64,000 bases of DNA, taken from contig CALLUD010000013.1 of NCBI GenBank assembly GCA_938011325.1, positions 7,461 to 71,460 on the forward strand, read 5' to 3'. Every line of letters starts with the position of its first letter. The stretch's first letter is position 1. The DNA is from an uncultured Spartobacteria bacterium (lineage in GTDB: Bacteria > Verrucomicrobiota > Verrucomicrobiia > Chthoniobacterales > JAATET01). The notes beneath the pieces were generated by a model, which did not search any database, was not told the origin of the DNA, and saw nothing but the letters and a program-made list of their open reading frames with translations. Made by a program: the position numbers and the translations under genes. This document shows, piece by piece, positions 32,802 to 42,296 of the stretch.

Positions 32802-33794
32802 TCAGTTTGCGCGTTTCTCCGGCAGGTCGGCGGCGGGCCAGCCATCCACCCAACGGATCGGTATCACTCCAAGCGCGGGCTTGCCATCCATTCGCAGGTC
32901 GGCTTCGAAGTGGCAGCTCAGCCACTCCTCGCCGTCCTTGACGACGATCCCGGCATGACCCGGCGCAACAAGCGGGTCGTTCCGATTTTCGAGAAACAGC
33001 GTGCCACCACCCTCCAGGAGCGACTTGCCATCCTTGTCCACATAAGGTCCCTCGACCGTCCGGCTGCGGCCGACACGAATTTCGTAGGTGCTGTTTGCCC
33101 CCTGGCAGCAGGTGCCACGATTGAAAAACAGATAGTAATAGCCGTCGTGTTTGTGGAGATAGGCGGCTTCGAGCCCCATCTCCGAAGACGCGATGGGAAT
33201 GAGCGGCGCCTCAGGGTCGAGTCGCTTTCCGGTATTCGGATCCAGCTCGACCAGTTTCAACCCGCTCCAATGCGAACCAAACGCCATCCAGAGGCGTCCG
33301 TCGTCGTCCTGAAAAATCGCAGGATCGATCGCGTTCCAGTCGCCCCCCGTTTGTGAGCGCACGACGACGCCCTGATCCTTCCATTCGAAATTCGGATCGT
33401 CGGGATCGAGCGTTGCATTCGTCGCGAGGGCAATCGCGGAATCCATCGAGCCCATCGACGAAACCGAGTAGTAGAGCCGGTATTCGTCGCCGACCTTGAA
33501 AACATCGGGTGCCCAGAAGATCCCCTCCTTGTTGTTCGGCACGGTCTCCGCCACCCAATCCGGCGAGCGGTCGAACACCCGCGGGCCGCGCGTCCAGTTC
33601 ACCAAATCCTTCGAACGATAGCTCGGGATTCCCCTGCCCGTGTAAAAGGTCCAGTATTCATCGCCGCATTTCACGATCGTCGACGGATCGCGCGTGCTGA
33701 TGCCCCGGCTTGCGGATTTCTCGAGCGGCTTCGCGGCATGCATGGATTCCAAAGCGAAAGCGACAGCAGCGATAAAGAACGCAAGACGTGACAT
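32802..33794 (-). CDS. Glycoside hydrolase family 43 (endo-arabinanase-like)
   Basis: Preferred start MSRLAFFIAAVAFALES (signal peptide), complement of 33792-33794. Contains RDPSTIV, FWAPDV, YYSVSSMGS, NAIDPAIF and GSHWSG. Confidence 0.85.
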   Translation of the reverse strand: MSRLAFFIAAVAFALESMHAAKPLEKSASRGISTRDPSTIVKCGDEYWTFYTGRGIPSYRSKDLVNWTRGPRVFDRSPDWVAETVPNNKEGIFWAPDVFKVGDEYRLYYSVSSMGSMDSAIALATNATLDPDDPNFEWKDQGVVVRSQTGGDWNAIDPAIFQDDDGRLWMAFGSHWSGLKLVELDPNTGKRLDPEAPLIPIASSEMGLEAAYLHKHDGYYYLFFNRGTCCQGANSTYEIRVGRSRTVEGPYVDKDGKSLLEGGGTLFLENRNDPLVAPGHAGIVVKDGEEWLSCHFEADLRMDGKPALGVIPIRWVDGWPAADLPEKRAN

Positions 33795-33838
33795 GGGGAA
33801 CGGACATAACGTGATGTCCCGTCCTCCCCGCGTCAAAG

Positions 33839-34753
33839 TCAAAAGAGTTCGGCCTGGGTCTCGCCTGCCGCGCTGCCCGCCGAAGCGGCGGCAGCCTCCT
33901 TCTCGATCTCCGCGAGCAGCCCCTTGAACTCGCATCGCCGGAAGGCCTCGATGAGTTCGGGATAGCGTGGAACGATTTTCAGATCGTCGATCGGCACCGG
34001 CAGCTCGATGTCGAGATCCAGCGAAACCATCTGGCGGTTGTCGATCACCTGTTGCCGCTGTTCGATCAACTTCTCACGAGTTCGCGCGCTGGAGACTTCA
34101 TTGACACGTTCCAGCAGCGCCTCGACGGAACCGAATTCGCGGATCAGTGCGGCGGCGGTTTTCTGGCCGATGCCGCCAACGCCGGGAATGTTGTCCGAGC
34201 TGTCGCCGGTCAACGCAAGCACGTCGCCAATTTGATGCGGCTCCACGCCCCATTTCGCGCGCACGGCATCGGCACCAAGCAGGGCGAACGTCTCACCCGG
34301 AGGCAGATCCACCTTGTTCGTCGAGTAGATGCGGATGCGGCCGTTGACCAGCTGAAGGATGTCCTTGTCGTTCGTCGCGATGATGGTTTCGCCGCTGTGC
34401 TGCGTGGCGTAGGAGCCGATGAGGTCGTCCGCCTCGGTGTCGGGCAGCGACAAACTCGCGACACCGAGCAGCGGAACGATCTCCTGCATGAGCGATTCCT
34501 GCGAGCGCATCTCGTCGGGCATCGACGGCCGGTTTTGCTTGTAATCGGGCTGGAGCTGGACGCGCCGCGCCGGCATTCCGCGATCCCAGATCACCGCGGC
34601 ACGATCCGGCTTCACATCGACGATCATTTTCCGGAGCGCCTTCGAGAATCCATAAATGGCATTCGTGGGCTCGCCCTTGGAATTGCTCAATCCCCGGATC
34701 GCGAAAAACGAGCGATAGAGAAAATAATGTCCGTCGACGAGAAGCAGGCGCAT
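33839..34753 (-). CDS. Stand-alone 5'-3' exonuclease / flap endonuclease (DNA polymerase I N-terminal domain homologue)
   Basis: Preferred start MRLLLVDGHYFLYRSFFA, complement of 34751-34753. Contains EADDLIG, TNDKDILQL and LTGDSSDNIPGVGGIGQKTA. No polymerase domain follows. Confidence 0.88.
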   Translation of the reverse strand: MRLLLVDGHYFLYRSFFAIRGLSNSKGEPTNAIYGFSKALRKMIVDVKPDRAAVIWDRGMPARRVQLQPDYKQNRPSMPDEMRSQESLMQEIVPLLGVASLSLPDTEADDLIGSYATQHSGETIIATNDKDILQLVNGRIRIYSTNKVDLPPGETFALLGADAVRAKWGVEPHQIGDVLALTGDSSDNIPGVGGIGQKTAAALIREFGSVEALLERVNEVSSARTREKLIEQRQQVIDNRQMVSLDLDIELPVPIDDLKIVPRYPELIEAFRRCEFKGLLAEIEKEAAAASAGSAAGETQAELF

Positions 34754-34878
34754 GAGCCGGGTGAGTGCTGAAGGATTGGGAGAAGTGGCTGCCGGGATGA
34801 CGGGCACTTTGCAGGACATCACACGCCCTGCGCAAGCCGTTCATCCCCCGGCGATCGGACTTCCCGGTTCCGCCCCCG

Positions 34879-35913
34879 TTAGTGCGGATACTGCGGCGCA
34901 GGCGGCACGGGAGGTGGCGGCGGCGGCGGAACCGGCTTCGGCTGCTTCGGACCCGGAGGCGGTTTCGGCGGTTTGCACTCGGGCTTGGGAGGTTTTGGCG
35001 GCTTCGGTGGCTTGGGAGGTTTCGGAGGCTCCGGCCGATCGTGATGCTGCCGCACCTGCGGAAGCGTGCGTTGATTCCCGCTCACCGCGGCCACCCTTCG
35101 GACATTGTTGGAAGGCACCTCCGCATCGGTGCGCAATGTCGCCTGGTTGGCCACGCTCGTGACCTGAAGCGTCGGATTCTTCCGCTTGCCCTTGAGCGCG
35201 TAGTTCACGTTGATGAGCTTGCCCTTGGCCTTGAGGATCCGCTGCTCGTTCACCGTCTGCATGATGAACGGCTGGTTGTTCAGCTGCGAAAACTCGCTGC
35301 TCATGAGCCCGGACGTTTTGATGAGACGTCCGACGTCCACCACCATCGGCGCTTCGGGAAACTTCTGCGCATTGGCCGGGATCGTGATCATCTGGCCCGC
35401 CTTCAGCAGCATCGACTCACCGAGCCGGCCTTTCAGGTTCAGGCGCATCGTGCCTTCGAGCACGATGAACTTGACGATTCCCTTGGCGCGGTCCGCCGCC
35501 TTGCGGAACTCGATCATGATCGTCGTTCCGGTCACGGCCGCCGTCACCGCCGCGGTATTGATCGTCGCGCCACCCGCATCCTTCGGCACCTCGAGGAGGA
35601 TCACGCCCTCGTCGAGATTCAGGTCCCGCGTGCCGTGGTCGAAGCTGAAGAGCGAGTTCGCGCCGAGGCGGGCAATGGTTGAATCGTTGAACGCGAGCTC
35701 GGCCCGGGACTTCACGCCGGTCTGCACCGCCGTGCGGCCGCTCACGCGATCACCAACTTTCGCCGGGATCTTCGAGCTTTCGCCGGGAAGGAGTTCGACA
35801 ATGTTATAGACACGAGTCACTTCCGCGCTTTGCAAGGGCCCGGCCGCACGACCGAGCAACGGAACCGCGAGCAGGACCGCGCCCGTCAGGGAGATCTTAC
35901 GCACCAATGTCAT
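34879..35913 (-). CDS. FecR-domain protein with a C-terminal proline-rich (PKPP) tail
   Basis: 344 aa with a signal peptide. FecR-like VGDRVSGRTAVQTGVKSRAELAFNDSTIARLGANSLFSF. The C-terminal 50 residues or so are PEPPKPPKPPKPPKPPKPECKPPKPPPGPKQPKPVPPPPPPPVPPAPQYPH. Confidence 0.8.
   Translation of the reverse strand: MTLVRKISLTGAVLLAVPLLGRAAGPLQSAEVTRVYNIVELLPGESSKIPAKVGDRVSGRTAVQTGVKSRAELAFNDSTIARLGANSLFSFDHGTRDLNLDEGVILLEVPKDAGGATINTAAVTAAVTGTTIMIEFRKAADRAKGIVKFIVLEGTMRLNLKGRLGESMLLKAGQMITIPANAQKFPEAPMVVDVGRLIKTSGLMSSEFSQLNNQPFIMQTVNEQRILKAKGKLINVNYALKGKRKNPTLQVTSVANQATLRTDAEVPSNNVRRVAAVSGNQRTLPQVRQHHDRPEPPKPPKPPKPPKPPKPECKPPKPPPGPKQPKPVPPPPPPPVPPAPQYPH
34882..35034 (-). repeat. Low-complexity proline/lysine repeat with 9-nt periodicity, encoding the FecR-protein tail
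   Basis: The plus-strand sequence reads GGCGGTTTCGGCGG..GGAGGTTTTGGCGGCTTCGGTGGCTTGGGAGGTTTCGGAGGCTCCGG, which gives repeated PKPP codon blocks on the minus strand. Confidence 0.8.
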
Positions 35914-35917
35914 CAGC

Positions 35918-36865
35918 CTAAAAATTTACCAGAATCGCGATTCCGCCACCCAAATTTGCAGAAAAATAGCTGAACTGCTCTTCCGTGGAGCGGTTGATTC
36001 CAATCGTGCTCAACCCCTGCACACTCAACCAGTTCGTGAATGAGACCGTCAACCCGCCGCCGATGAGCTGATTGAAATCCGCCCGATCCTCGTAGCGGTA
36101 GGGCTGCGCGGCCATCCGATAGTAGAGATCGAGCTTCAGCATGCGCGTGAGGCTCGCTTGATAACCGGTGAGCCATGCAAACTCGTGGCGCAGCGCGTAG
36201 TCGGGCCAGCCACCGAGGGAGAAGTCCATGCTGGCCGACGTGTAAAAAAGGTGCGCCCGGCTCAGCACGAATGTCTTGCGCATGCCGGCCATCAACGCGT
36301 GATCGTGATAAATCTCCCGGTTGAGACCCCGCGCCGTGAGCAGGTCGTAGTTGTAATTCGCAAAGAGCGTGAGGTCCTGCAGTTCGCGGATCACGTAAAT
36401 GAAGCCCGCCGTGAGTGTCGTGGCATTGAAGTCGAGGCTGCTGTTCCGCGCGTAGCGGAACATGCTCTGCTCCACCGAAAACTCCGCAAAGAGATTCCCT
36501 CCGAGATGAGGCAGATAACTGCCACCGAGCGAGCCGGTCATGAACGTATCGGAGCCCTGCGTGTCGTCGAGCAGCTCGGCATTGTTCGTCCAGAAAACGT
36601 TCCAGTTCGTCCACGCGCTGAAGGGCTGATACTTCTGCTCGGGCTGAAGCAGAATCTGCTCGCCGATGTCCGGATCGGAAATGCTGGCCGGCGCAAACGA
36701 TTCCGTCGACGTCATCGAGCTCGTCACCAGGCCGCCTTCGACTTCCTGCGTCATCAACGCCTGCTCCTGTGCCTGCACCGCCTGGCTTGCCTGCTGTGCG
36801 GCAACGGGAGAAACAACGGCGGCACCGACGAGCAATACGGCGGCCCACTTCAGGGAGATCGACAT
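35918..36865 (-). CDS. Predicted outer-membrane beta-barrel protein
   Basis: 315 aa with signal peptide MSISLKWAAVLLVGAAVVSPVAAQQ. Alternating aromatic/hydrophilic strands and a C-terminal ...GGGIAILVNF ending in Phe. I chose it over the overlapping track ORF 35913..36932, which has Arg-rich shadow-like composition. Confidence 0.7.
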   Translation of the reverse strand: MSISLKWAAVLLVGAAVVSPVAAQQASQAVQAQEQALMTQEVEGGLVTSSMTSTESFAPASISDPDIGEQILLQPEQKYQPFSAWTNWNVFWTNNAELLDDTQGSDTFMTGSLGGSYLPHLGGNLFAEFSVEQSMFRYARNSSLDFNATTLTAGFIYVIRELQDLTLFANYNYDLLTARGLNREIYHDHALMAGMRKTFVLSRAHLFYTSASMDFSLGGWPDYALRHEFAWLTGYQASLTRMLKLDLYYRMAAQPYRYEDRADFNQLIGGGLTVSFTNWLSVQGLSTIGINRSTEEQFSYFSANLGGGIAILVNF

Positions 36866-36925
36866 GAGCGCGGATACTGAACGACGCCGTGAGAGGAGTC
36901 AATCGGCCATCCGGCGGGCTTTTCA

Positions 36926-39070
36926 ATGCCACCCGGACTCGGCTATCTGTGGCCCGTGCCCTCCGCCGAAGAAAAACGCCTCCGCCGCCGACTGGTGGAG
37001 CTTTTCTGCATTTGTTTCGCGGTTATTCAGATCGGCTGGTTTGTGCTTCCGTCGCTGGAGGTCGTGCGAGGCACCGAATTGCTCGCGCAGGACAAGATTA
37101 TCTCGGTGGACAAAAGTGCCGCGCACGCGGACGAGGTCGTCTTCATCGCGATCGACGAACGCTCACTGAAACTCGATCACCTCTGGCCGGAGGAAATCGA
37201 GGAATCCCCTGCCCTGGCCTCCATGGCGGAAACCGGGTTTCCGTGGAATCGCGCCGTTTATGCCGCCGCTCTCGAGCGAATCTTCGCGGCGGGTGCCCGG
37301 CTTGTTCTGCTCGATCTCATCTTCGACAAGCCACGCGAAGGCGATGCGGAACTTGCGGCGACGCTGGAGAAGTTTCCAGGTCGCGTCGTGCTGGCAGCCA
37401 ACTATTCCCTGGACGAGGCCGATCCAAATATTGCCCATGACGACATACCGGCCTTCACGTTGCCGGTCGAAACCGTTCAGCCGAAGAACGGTCCGCCGGT
37501 GCCGGCCGGTTACGCGAACTTCTGGACGGACAAGCGCGACCCCGTCGTTCGCACGGCGCTCTACCGCACCACCCTGTCGGAGCTGAAAAACGAACGCCCG
37601 AACCCCAGTGAAACGATCTTCGCGTCGCTCTCCTTCCGCGCGATCGAGCTTCTCGGATTGCCGACGGATCGGCTGACCACGCATCGTCCGCTGGCCTTCC
37701 GTTTTGCCGACACATCCGCCGTTCCCGTCTTCCCGTTTCATTCCCTGTTCGTGCCGCAGGAATGGAAGCAGGCGCTGAAAGACGGCGAAGCCCTTCGTGA
37801 CAAAATCGTGATCATCGGTCCGTCTGCCTCGCGCCTGCAGGATTTTCACGTCACTCCGGTGGGGAAGATTCCCGGGCCCATGTTGCACGCGCATGCCCTG
37901 CTCGCCGCGATGAACAACTCGTTCTACGTGCGCGCCGGCTGGCTGGCTCGCGCCGGTCTCATTGCCCTCGCATGTCTGGTGGCATTCGTCATTTGCTGGC
38001 GTTTCCGCCGGCGGCCGGTGCTGGCGTTTGTCTCCCTCATTGCGACGGCGGCGCTTTACGTCGGCATCGTCTATGCCCTCGCCCATTGGGCCGACTATCT
38101 GCTGTATCCGATTCAGCCCACCATTTGTCTTCTGCTTGCCGGCGCATCGTGCACGGCGTGGAATTTCGCGCAGGAGCGCCGCGAGAGCAGTCGCATGCGT
38201 TCGACACTGGAACGTTACGTCTCGCGAAATGTCGTCCGCGAAATTCTCGACAACCGCGAGGACTTCCTCAACGCGCTCGGCGGCACCCGACGCGCGATGA
38301 CCGTCTTCTTCTCCGACGTGCGTGGTTTCACGTCGTTCTCGGAATCCGCCGATGCCTCTGCCGTCGTCGAGCAGCTCAACGAATACCTCGGCGAGATGGT
38401 CAGCGTCATTTTCCGTCACAACGGCACCGTCGATAAATTCATGGGCGACGGCATCATGGCGGTCTGGGGAAACGTGGTGAGCGAAGGGGCTGCCACCGAT
38501 GCGCGACGGGCCGTGGAGGCGGCGTTGGAGATGCAATCGCGCCTCGCGAAGTTGAACGGGGAATGGACCCGGCGCGGATGGAAGACGTTTACCGTCGGCA
38601 TGGGTCTTCACCATGGCGAGGCGGTTTTCGGCAACATCGGCTCGAACGAGAAAATGGAGCCCACGGTCATTGGCGACACCGTCAACCTCGCCTCCCGCGT
38701 CGAGGGACTCACCAAAAAATACGGCGTCTCGATCTGCATCACGCAACCCCTCGCGGAGCTGGTCAGCGACACGTTTCTGCTGCGCTCCGTGGACCTCGTG
38801 CAGGTCGTCGGGAAATCACGCCCGGTCGAGATTTTCACCGTGGTCGGACCGCGAAGCGAGGAGCCGTCGGAGTGGTTGAAGCGCTACGAAGGCGCCATTG
38901 CCGATTTCCGCGCGAGGCGGTTCGAAGAAGCCGCCACAGCGTTCAAGCGATGTCTGGAAGAGAACGCCGGGGATCGGCTCTGCGCCATCCACCTGTTGCG
39001 TTGCGAGACCTTTATCGCAGAGCCGCCGCCCGAAGACTGGACCGGCACCGAAATTGCCACGTCGAAGTAG
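36926..39070 (+). CDS. CHASE2-sensor adenylate/guanylate cyclase (class III)
   Basis: 714 aa. N-terminal TM, a large periplasmic region, and 3 TM helices (CHASE2 topology). The cyclase domain has MTVFFSDVRGFTSFSE, DKFMGDGIMAVWG and VIGDTVNLASRVEGL. Confidence 0.88.
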   Translation: MPPGLGYLWPVPSAEEKRLRRRLVELFCICFAVIQIGWFVLPSLEVVRGTELLAQDKIISVDKSAAHADEVVFIAIDERSLKLDHLWPEEIEESPALASMAETGFPWNRAVYAAALERIFAAGARLVLLDLIFDKPREGDAELAATLEKFPGRVVLAANYSLDEADPNIAHDDIPAFTLPVETVQPKNGPPVPAGYANFWTDKRDPVVRTALYRTTLSELKNERPNPSETIFASLSFRAIELLGLPTDRLTTHRPLAFRFADTSAVPVFPFHSLFVPQEWKQALKDGEALRDKIVIIGPSASRLQDFHVTPVGKIPGPMLHAHALLAAMNNSFYVRAGWLARAGLIALACLVAFVICWRFRRRPVLAFVSLIATAALYVGIVYALAHWADYLLYPIQPTICLLLAGASCTAWNFAQERRESSRMRSTLERYVSRNVVREILDNREDFLNALGGTRRAMTVFFSDVRGFTSFSESADASAVVEQLNEYLGEMVSVIFRHNGTVDKFMGDGIMAVWGNVVSEGAATDARRAVEAALEMQSRLAKLNGEWTRRGWKTFTVGMGLHHGEAVFGNIGSNEKMEPTVIGDTVNLASRVEGLTKKYGVSICITQPLAELVSDTFLLRSVDLVQVVGKSRPVEIFTVVGPRSEEPSEWLKRYEGAIADFRARRFEEAATAFKRCLEENAGDRLCAIHLLRCETFIAEPPPEDWTGTEIATSK

Positions 39071-39093
39071 CCCCCGGCGCGGACCTCCGCGCG

Positions 39094-41265
39094 TTACTTC
39101 GTCCGCACGCCGGCAAGCGCATCCTTCAGCTCGGCAAAATTCAGCGGCTTTCCGACGTAGCCGTCCATTCCCGCTGCGATGCATCGCTGCTCGTCGCCGA
39201 TCATTGCGAATGCCGTCACGGCGATCACCCGGCAGCGCTTGCGATCCGGCTCCCCGGCCTCGATGGCGCGAATTCGGCGTGTCGTCTCGAAGCCGTCCAT
39301 CCCCGGCATCTGCACATCCATCAGCACCACGTCGAACAATTTTGCGCGAAACGTCTCCAGCGCCTGCCCGCCGTTTTCCGCGACCGAAACGTCCAGCTCC
39401 CATTTCGCGAGAATCGTCTCGAGAAGCCGGCGATTCGTCCGGTTGTCCTCGACCACCAGCACGCGCAGTCCGTTTAGCGAAGGATCGCGCACCTCCTCCT
39501 GCATCGATGGCGCCAGCTCGCCGTCATACCGCTCCACCTGAACGGTCGCGACAAAGGTCGAGCCTTCGCCTTCGCGACTTTCGACGACAATGTCGCCGCC
39601 CATCTGAACACAGAGATTCCTCGCGATCACCAATCCCAGACCGCTCCCGCCGAACTTCCGCCCGATCGAATTGTCGAGCTGGCTGAACGGCTTGAACAGT
39701 CGCTGCAGATTCGCTTCGGAGATTCCAATGCCCGTGTCGCGAACCACACAGCGCAGTGCGAGCTGTTTCGTCGCATCAACCTCGGGCGACACCGAGACCG
39801 AAACCCCGCCCTCCGAGGTGAACTTGATCGCATTCGACACGAGATTCCCAAGCACCTGCTCGAGGCGGCGTTCGTCGGCCACAATCTGCGGTGGGGTCTC
39901 CGGTGCCAGTTCGATGGTAAGCTGGAGCCCCTTTTGCTCGGCCTGCGAGGAGAAGCGTCGCCGGATCCGCCCCAGCAAATTACCGATCGCAAACGGCGCG
40001 GGATCCAGGGTCAGCTGTCCCGACTCGATCTTCGAGAGATCGAGAATGTCGTTGATGATCGCCAGCAGCAGCTCGCCATTCTCTTCAACGCACTGCAGGT
40101 ATTCCGGAGCCTTCGCCCCGTTGACTTCATCGCGCAACAATCGCGCGTAGCCGAGAATGCTGTGCATCGGCGTGCGAATCTCGTGGCTCATCATCGCGAG
40201 AAACTCCGACTTTGCGCGATCCGCCGCCTGCAGGCTGTCGGCGAGTTTCTTGCGATCGGTGATATCAATCGACAACCCTGCAATTCCCGCAACCTCGCCG
40301 TTTGCCCGAAAGACGGGATATTTGAACACCTCGTGCCATCGCTCCCGCCCCTTTGGCCCGACGGCGCGCTCCCAGTGAAATTGCCGGCCCGTGCGAAGCA
40401 CCTCGCCATCCTGCGCGCGAAATTCCCGTGCGACGTCCGGCCCGAAAATTTCGACATCGCTCATCGAAAGGATCTCCTCCTGCGTGTGGCCCAGCGCCGC
40501 GGCATAGGGACGGTTCACAGCCAGAAACCGCCCATTGTCGCTCTTCAACCACGCATGGAACGGCAGGTTCTCGAGGATCGCGCGCACGCGCTCCTCTCCC
40601 ATCCGCGCCCGCTCGGCCTGTTCGCGCATTGCCGACTCGTTTTGAAAATTCAAACGTCGCGCCCGGTAAAGGAACCATCCCACCAGAAACGCCACGAGCA
40701 CCCCAAGGCTGCCATTGAGGAACGAGGCACCGAGCACATCGGCACTCCCTTCCGTTTCCCTGGCGCCGAAAAAGAGTACGCAAAACGCGACGAAATAGGC
40801 GAACAACAATCCAGCCAGCAGCCGCGGCGGCAGCAAAATCAGCACCGCGGGCGTGATCGCGCCGAGAATAAACGTCGATGTTTCTCCGAGAATTCTCAGC
40901 CCGGTCGCGTAATAGCCGAACATCAGGATCAACCAGAACGCGAAATACGTCGGCCCGAGCCACCACCTCGCGCGCGGTGAAATCCTCCCCTTTCGCGTCG
41001 CCAGAAAGAGGACGAGGAAAATCAACGAGCCGCCGATATCGAAGGCGCTCCACGGATGAATCCGCCCCTCTCCGACCGCCGCGACATTGTAAACCGCCAA
41101 CAGAATGCTGAGACACGTGCTGGTCAGCAGCAGCCACCACATGCGCTGCAGGTTTTCCCCTGCCATGTGGTCGCGCATGGAATCAGACGGATCAACGCCC
41201 ATGCGGACTTCCCCTGCGGAACCGCAGGGAACGGTGGTCGCAATTTCAGGAAGCAGCACGGACAA
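39094..41265 (-). CDS. Hybrid sensor histidine kinase / response regulator with multi-TM N-terminus and PAS domain
   Basis: 723 aa. HisKA SEFLAMMSHEIRTPM. HATPase motifs DTGIGI and GGSGLGLVI. C-terminal receiver LRVLVVEDNRTNRR...VLMDVQMPGMDG. Several in-frame ATGs near the N-terminus leave the start uncertain. Confidence 0.88.
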   Translation of the reverse strand: MSVLLPEIATTVPCGSAGEVRMGVDPSDSMRDHMAGENLQRMWWLLLTSTCLSILLAVYNVAAVGEGRIHPWSAFDIGGSLIFLVLFLATRKGRISPRARWWLGPTYFAFWLILMFGYYATGLRILGETSTFILGAITPAVLILLPPRLLAGLLFAYFVAFCVLFFGARETEGSADVLGASFLNGSLGVLVAFLVGWFLYRARRLNFQNESAMREQAERARMGEERVRAILENLPFHAWLKSDNGRFLAVNRPYAAALGHTQEEILSMSDVEIFGPDVAREFRAQDGEVLRTGRQFHWERAVGPKGRERWHEVFKYPVFRANGEVAGIAGLSIDITDRKKLADSLQAADRAKSEFLAMMSHEIRTPMHSILGYARLLRDEVNGAKAPEYLQCVEENGELLLAIINDILDLSKIESGQLTLDPAPFAIGNLLGRIRRRFSSQAEQKGLQLTIELAPETPPQIVADERRLEQVLGNLVSNAIKFTSEGGVSVSVSPEVDATKQLALRCVVRDTGIGISEANLQRLFKPFSQLDNSIGRKFGGSGLGLVIARNLCVQMGGDIVVESREGEGSTFVATVQVERYDGELAPSMQEEVRDPSLNGLRVLVVEDNRTNRRLLETILAKWELDVSVAENGGQALETFRAKLFDVVLMDVQMPGMDGFETTRRIRAIEAGEPDRKRCRVIAVTAFAMIGDEQRCIAAGMDGYVGKPLNFAELKDALAGVRTK

Positions 41266-41370
41266 GCCGTTACTTTAATCCTGAAACGCGCTTGCACAAC
41301 TCCGCCGGCGAAAATTGGCGGCAAACCAAGCCCGCTTATTTTCGGGGGTTCGAGACGTATTCTACTCTCG

Positions 41371-41393
41371 AAAATGCCTGCTCCGGAGCGGGC
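41371..41393 (-). terminator. Possible intrinsic terminator downstream of the LamG/PEP-CTERM gene
   Basis: The minus strand reads GCCCGCTCCGGAGCAGGC (a near-palindromic GC-rich hairpin at 41376-41393) followed by ATTTT. It lies 25 nt after the stop at 41418. Confidence 0.4.
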
Positions 41394-41417
41394 GCAGCAG
41401 ACGTGACCGCGAACGCT

Positions 41418-42296
41418 TCAGCTGCGACGGCTGACGTCGAAAGCACGCCTGGTCGCGACGGCGGCAGGCATCAGCAATCCCAGTCCGATCAGCATCCACG
41501 GCTGCGGTTCCGGCACCACTGCGAGAATGGCTGCATTCGATGCATCGGGGCCCAGAAGATACAACTGGGCCACTTGCTCGGCCGAAACAGCGCCACTGTA
41601 GAGTCGGAAGTCGGAAGTGTTTCCGCCGAGCGAAGGATCGTTCCACGGGTTCTGTCCTCCCACCGCCGCTTTGAATCCCTCCATCGCCGCGAGGCTCGGA
41701 AGATCGAACGTTGTGTCGTTCACCAGGACACTCGAGGAAATCAGCTCGCCATTGATGTAGAGGGATGCCGTTCGCGTTTCCGCGTCGTAGGTGGCCAGGA
41801 ATTGCGTGAGTTGATCGAGGTCCGTCTTGAGCCCCGGCAACAACGTCTGCTTCGTAATCGCGTCTCCATCGATGATCGAGAGACTGGAAAGACCCTCGTA
41901 GTTTGGAAGGGCCTCCGGATATTTCGCGCGATCCCGCACGGCGACGAAGGAGAAGTTGGGATGCGTCCCGAATCCGAAAATCGTGAGGTAGGTCCCGGGG
42001 CCGGGATGGGTCGCCGTATACCACGACTCCACGGAAAAGCTCGTCCCTAGGTCGATGAGGCTTTGCGCCGGCAGCAGAAATGCACTCTGCGTCCCTATCG
42101 GGGTGTAAAGCGCCCCTTCGAAAATTTCCGCACCATTGGACAGGACGCCGGCCGGTCCCCCAAAGGAGTCGCTGCCATCCCCTTCGAAACTGTATCGGTG
42201 CTTGATGATCGCGCTGTGAGCGACACTCGTCACCGTCATCACAACGGCCAGTCCCGCCAGCCATCTGTTTGTGCGGAGTCTCATATCCTTCGTCAT
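41418..42296 (-). CDS. LamG/concanavalin-like domain protein with PEP-CTERM anchor
   Basis: 292 aa with a signal peptide. Contains LYINGELISS and DFRLYSGAVSAEQVAQLY, typical of LamG-type laminin-G domains. C-terminus VVPEPQPWMLIGLGLLMPAAVATRR. Confidence 0.8.
   Translation of the reverse strand: MTKDMRLRTNRWLAGLAVVMTVTSVAHSAIIKHRYSFEGDGSDSFGGPAGVLSNGAEIFEGALYTPIGTQSAFLLPAQSLIDLGTSFSVESWYTATHPGPGTYLTIFGFGTHPNFSFVAVRDRAKYPEALPNYEGLSSLSIIDGDAITKQTLLPGLKTDLDQLTQFLATYDAETRTASLYINGELISSSVLVNDTTFDLPSLAAMEGFKAAVGGQNPWNDPSLGGNTSDFRLYSGAVSAEQVAQLYLLGPDASNAAILAVVPEPQPWMLIGLGLLMPAAVATRRAFDVSRRS

Noticed and set aside
35913-36932. 339-aa minus-strand ORF overlapping the beta-barrel gene in another frame
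   Set aside because: The alternative frame 35918..36865 has a signal peptide, amphipathic strands and a C-terminal Phe. This frame is Arg-rich and featureless.
41330-41365. GGGGTTCGAGAC, which resembles a tRNA T-arm (GGTTCGA)
   Set aside because: There is no complementary acceptor, D or anticodon stem in the flanking sequence, and the 150-nt intergenic region cannot be folded into a cloverleaf by eye.
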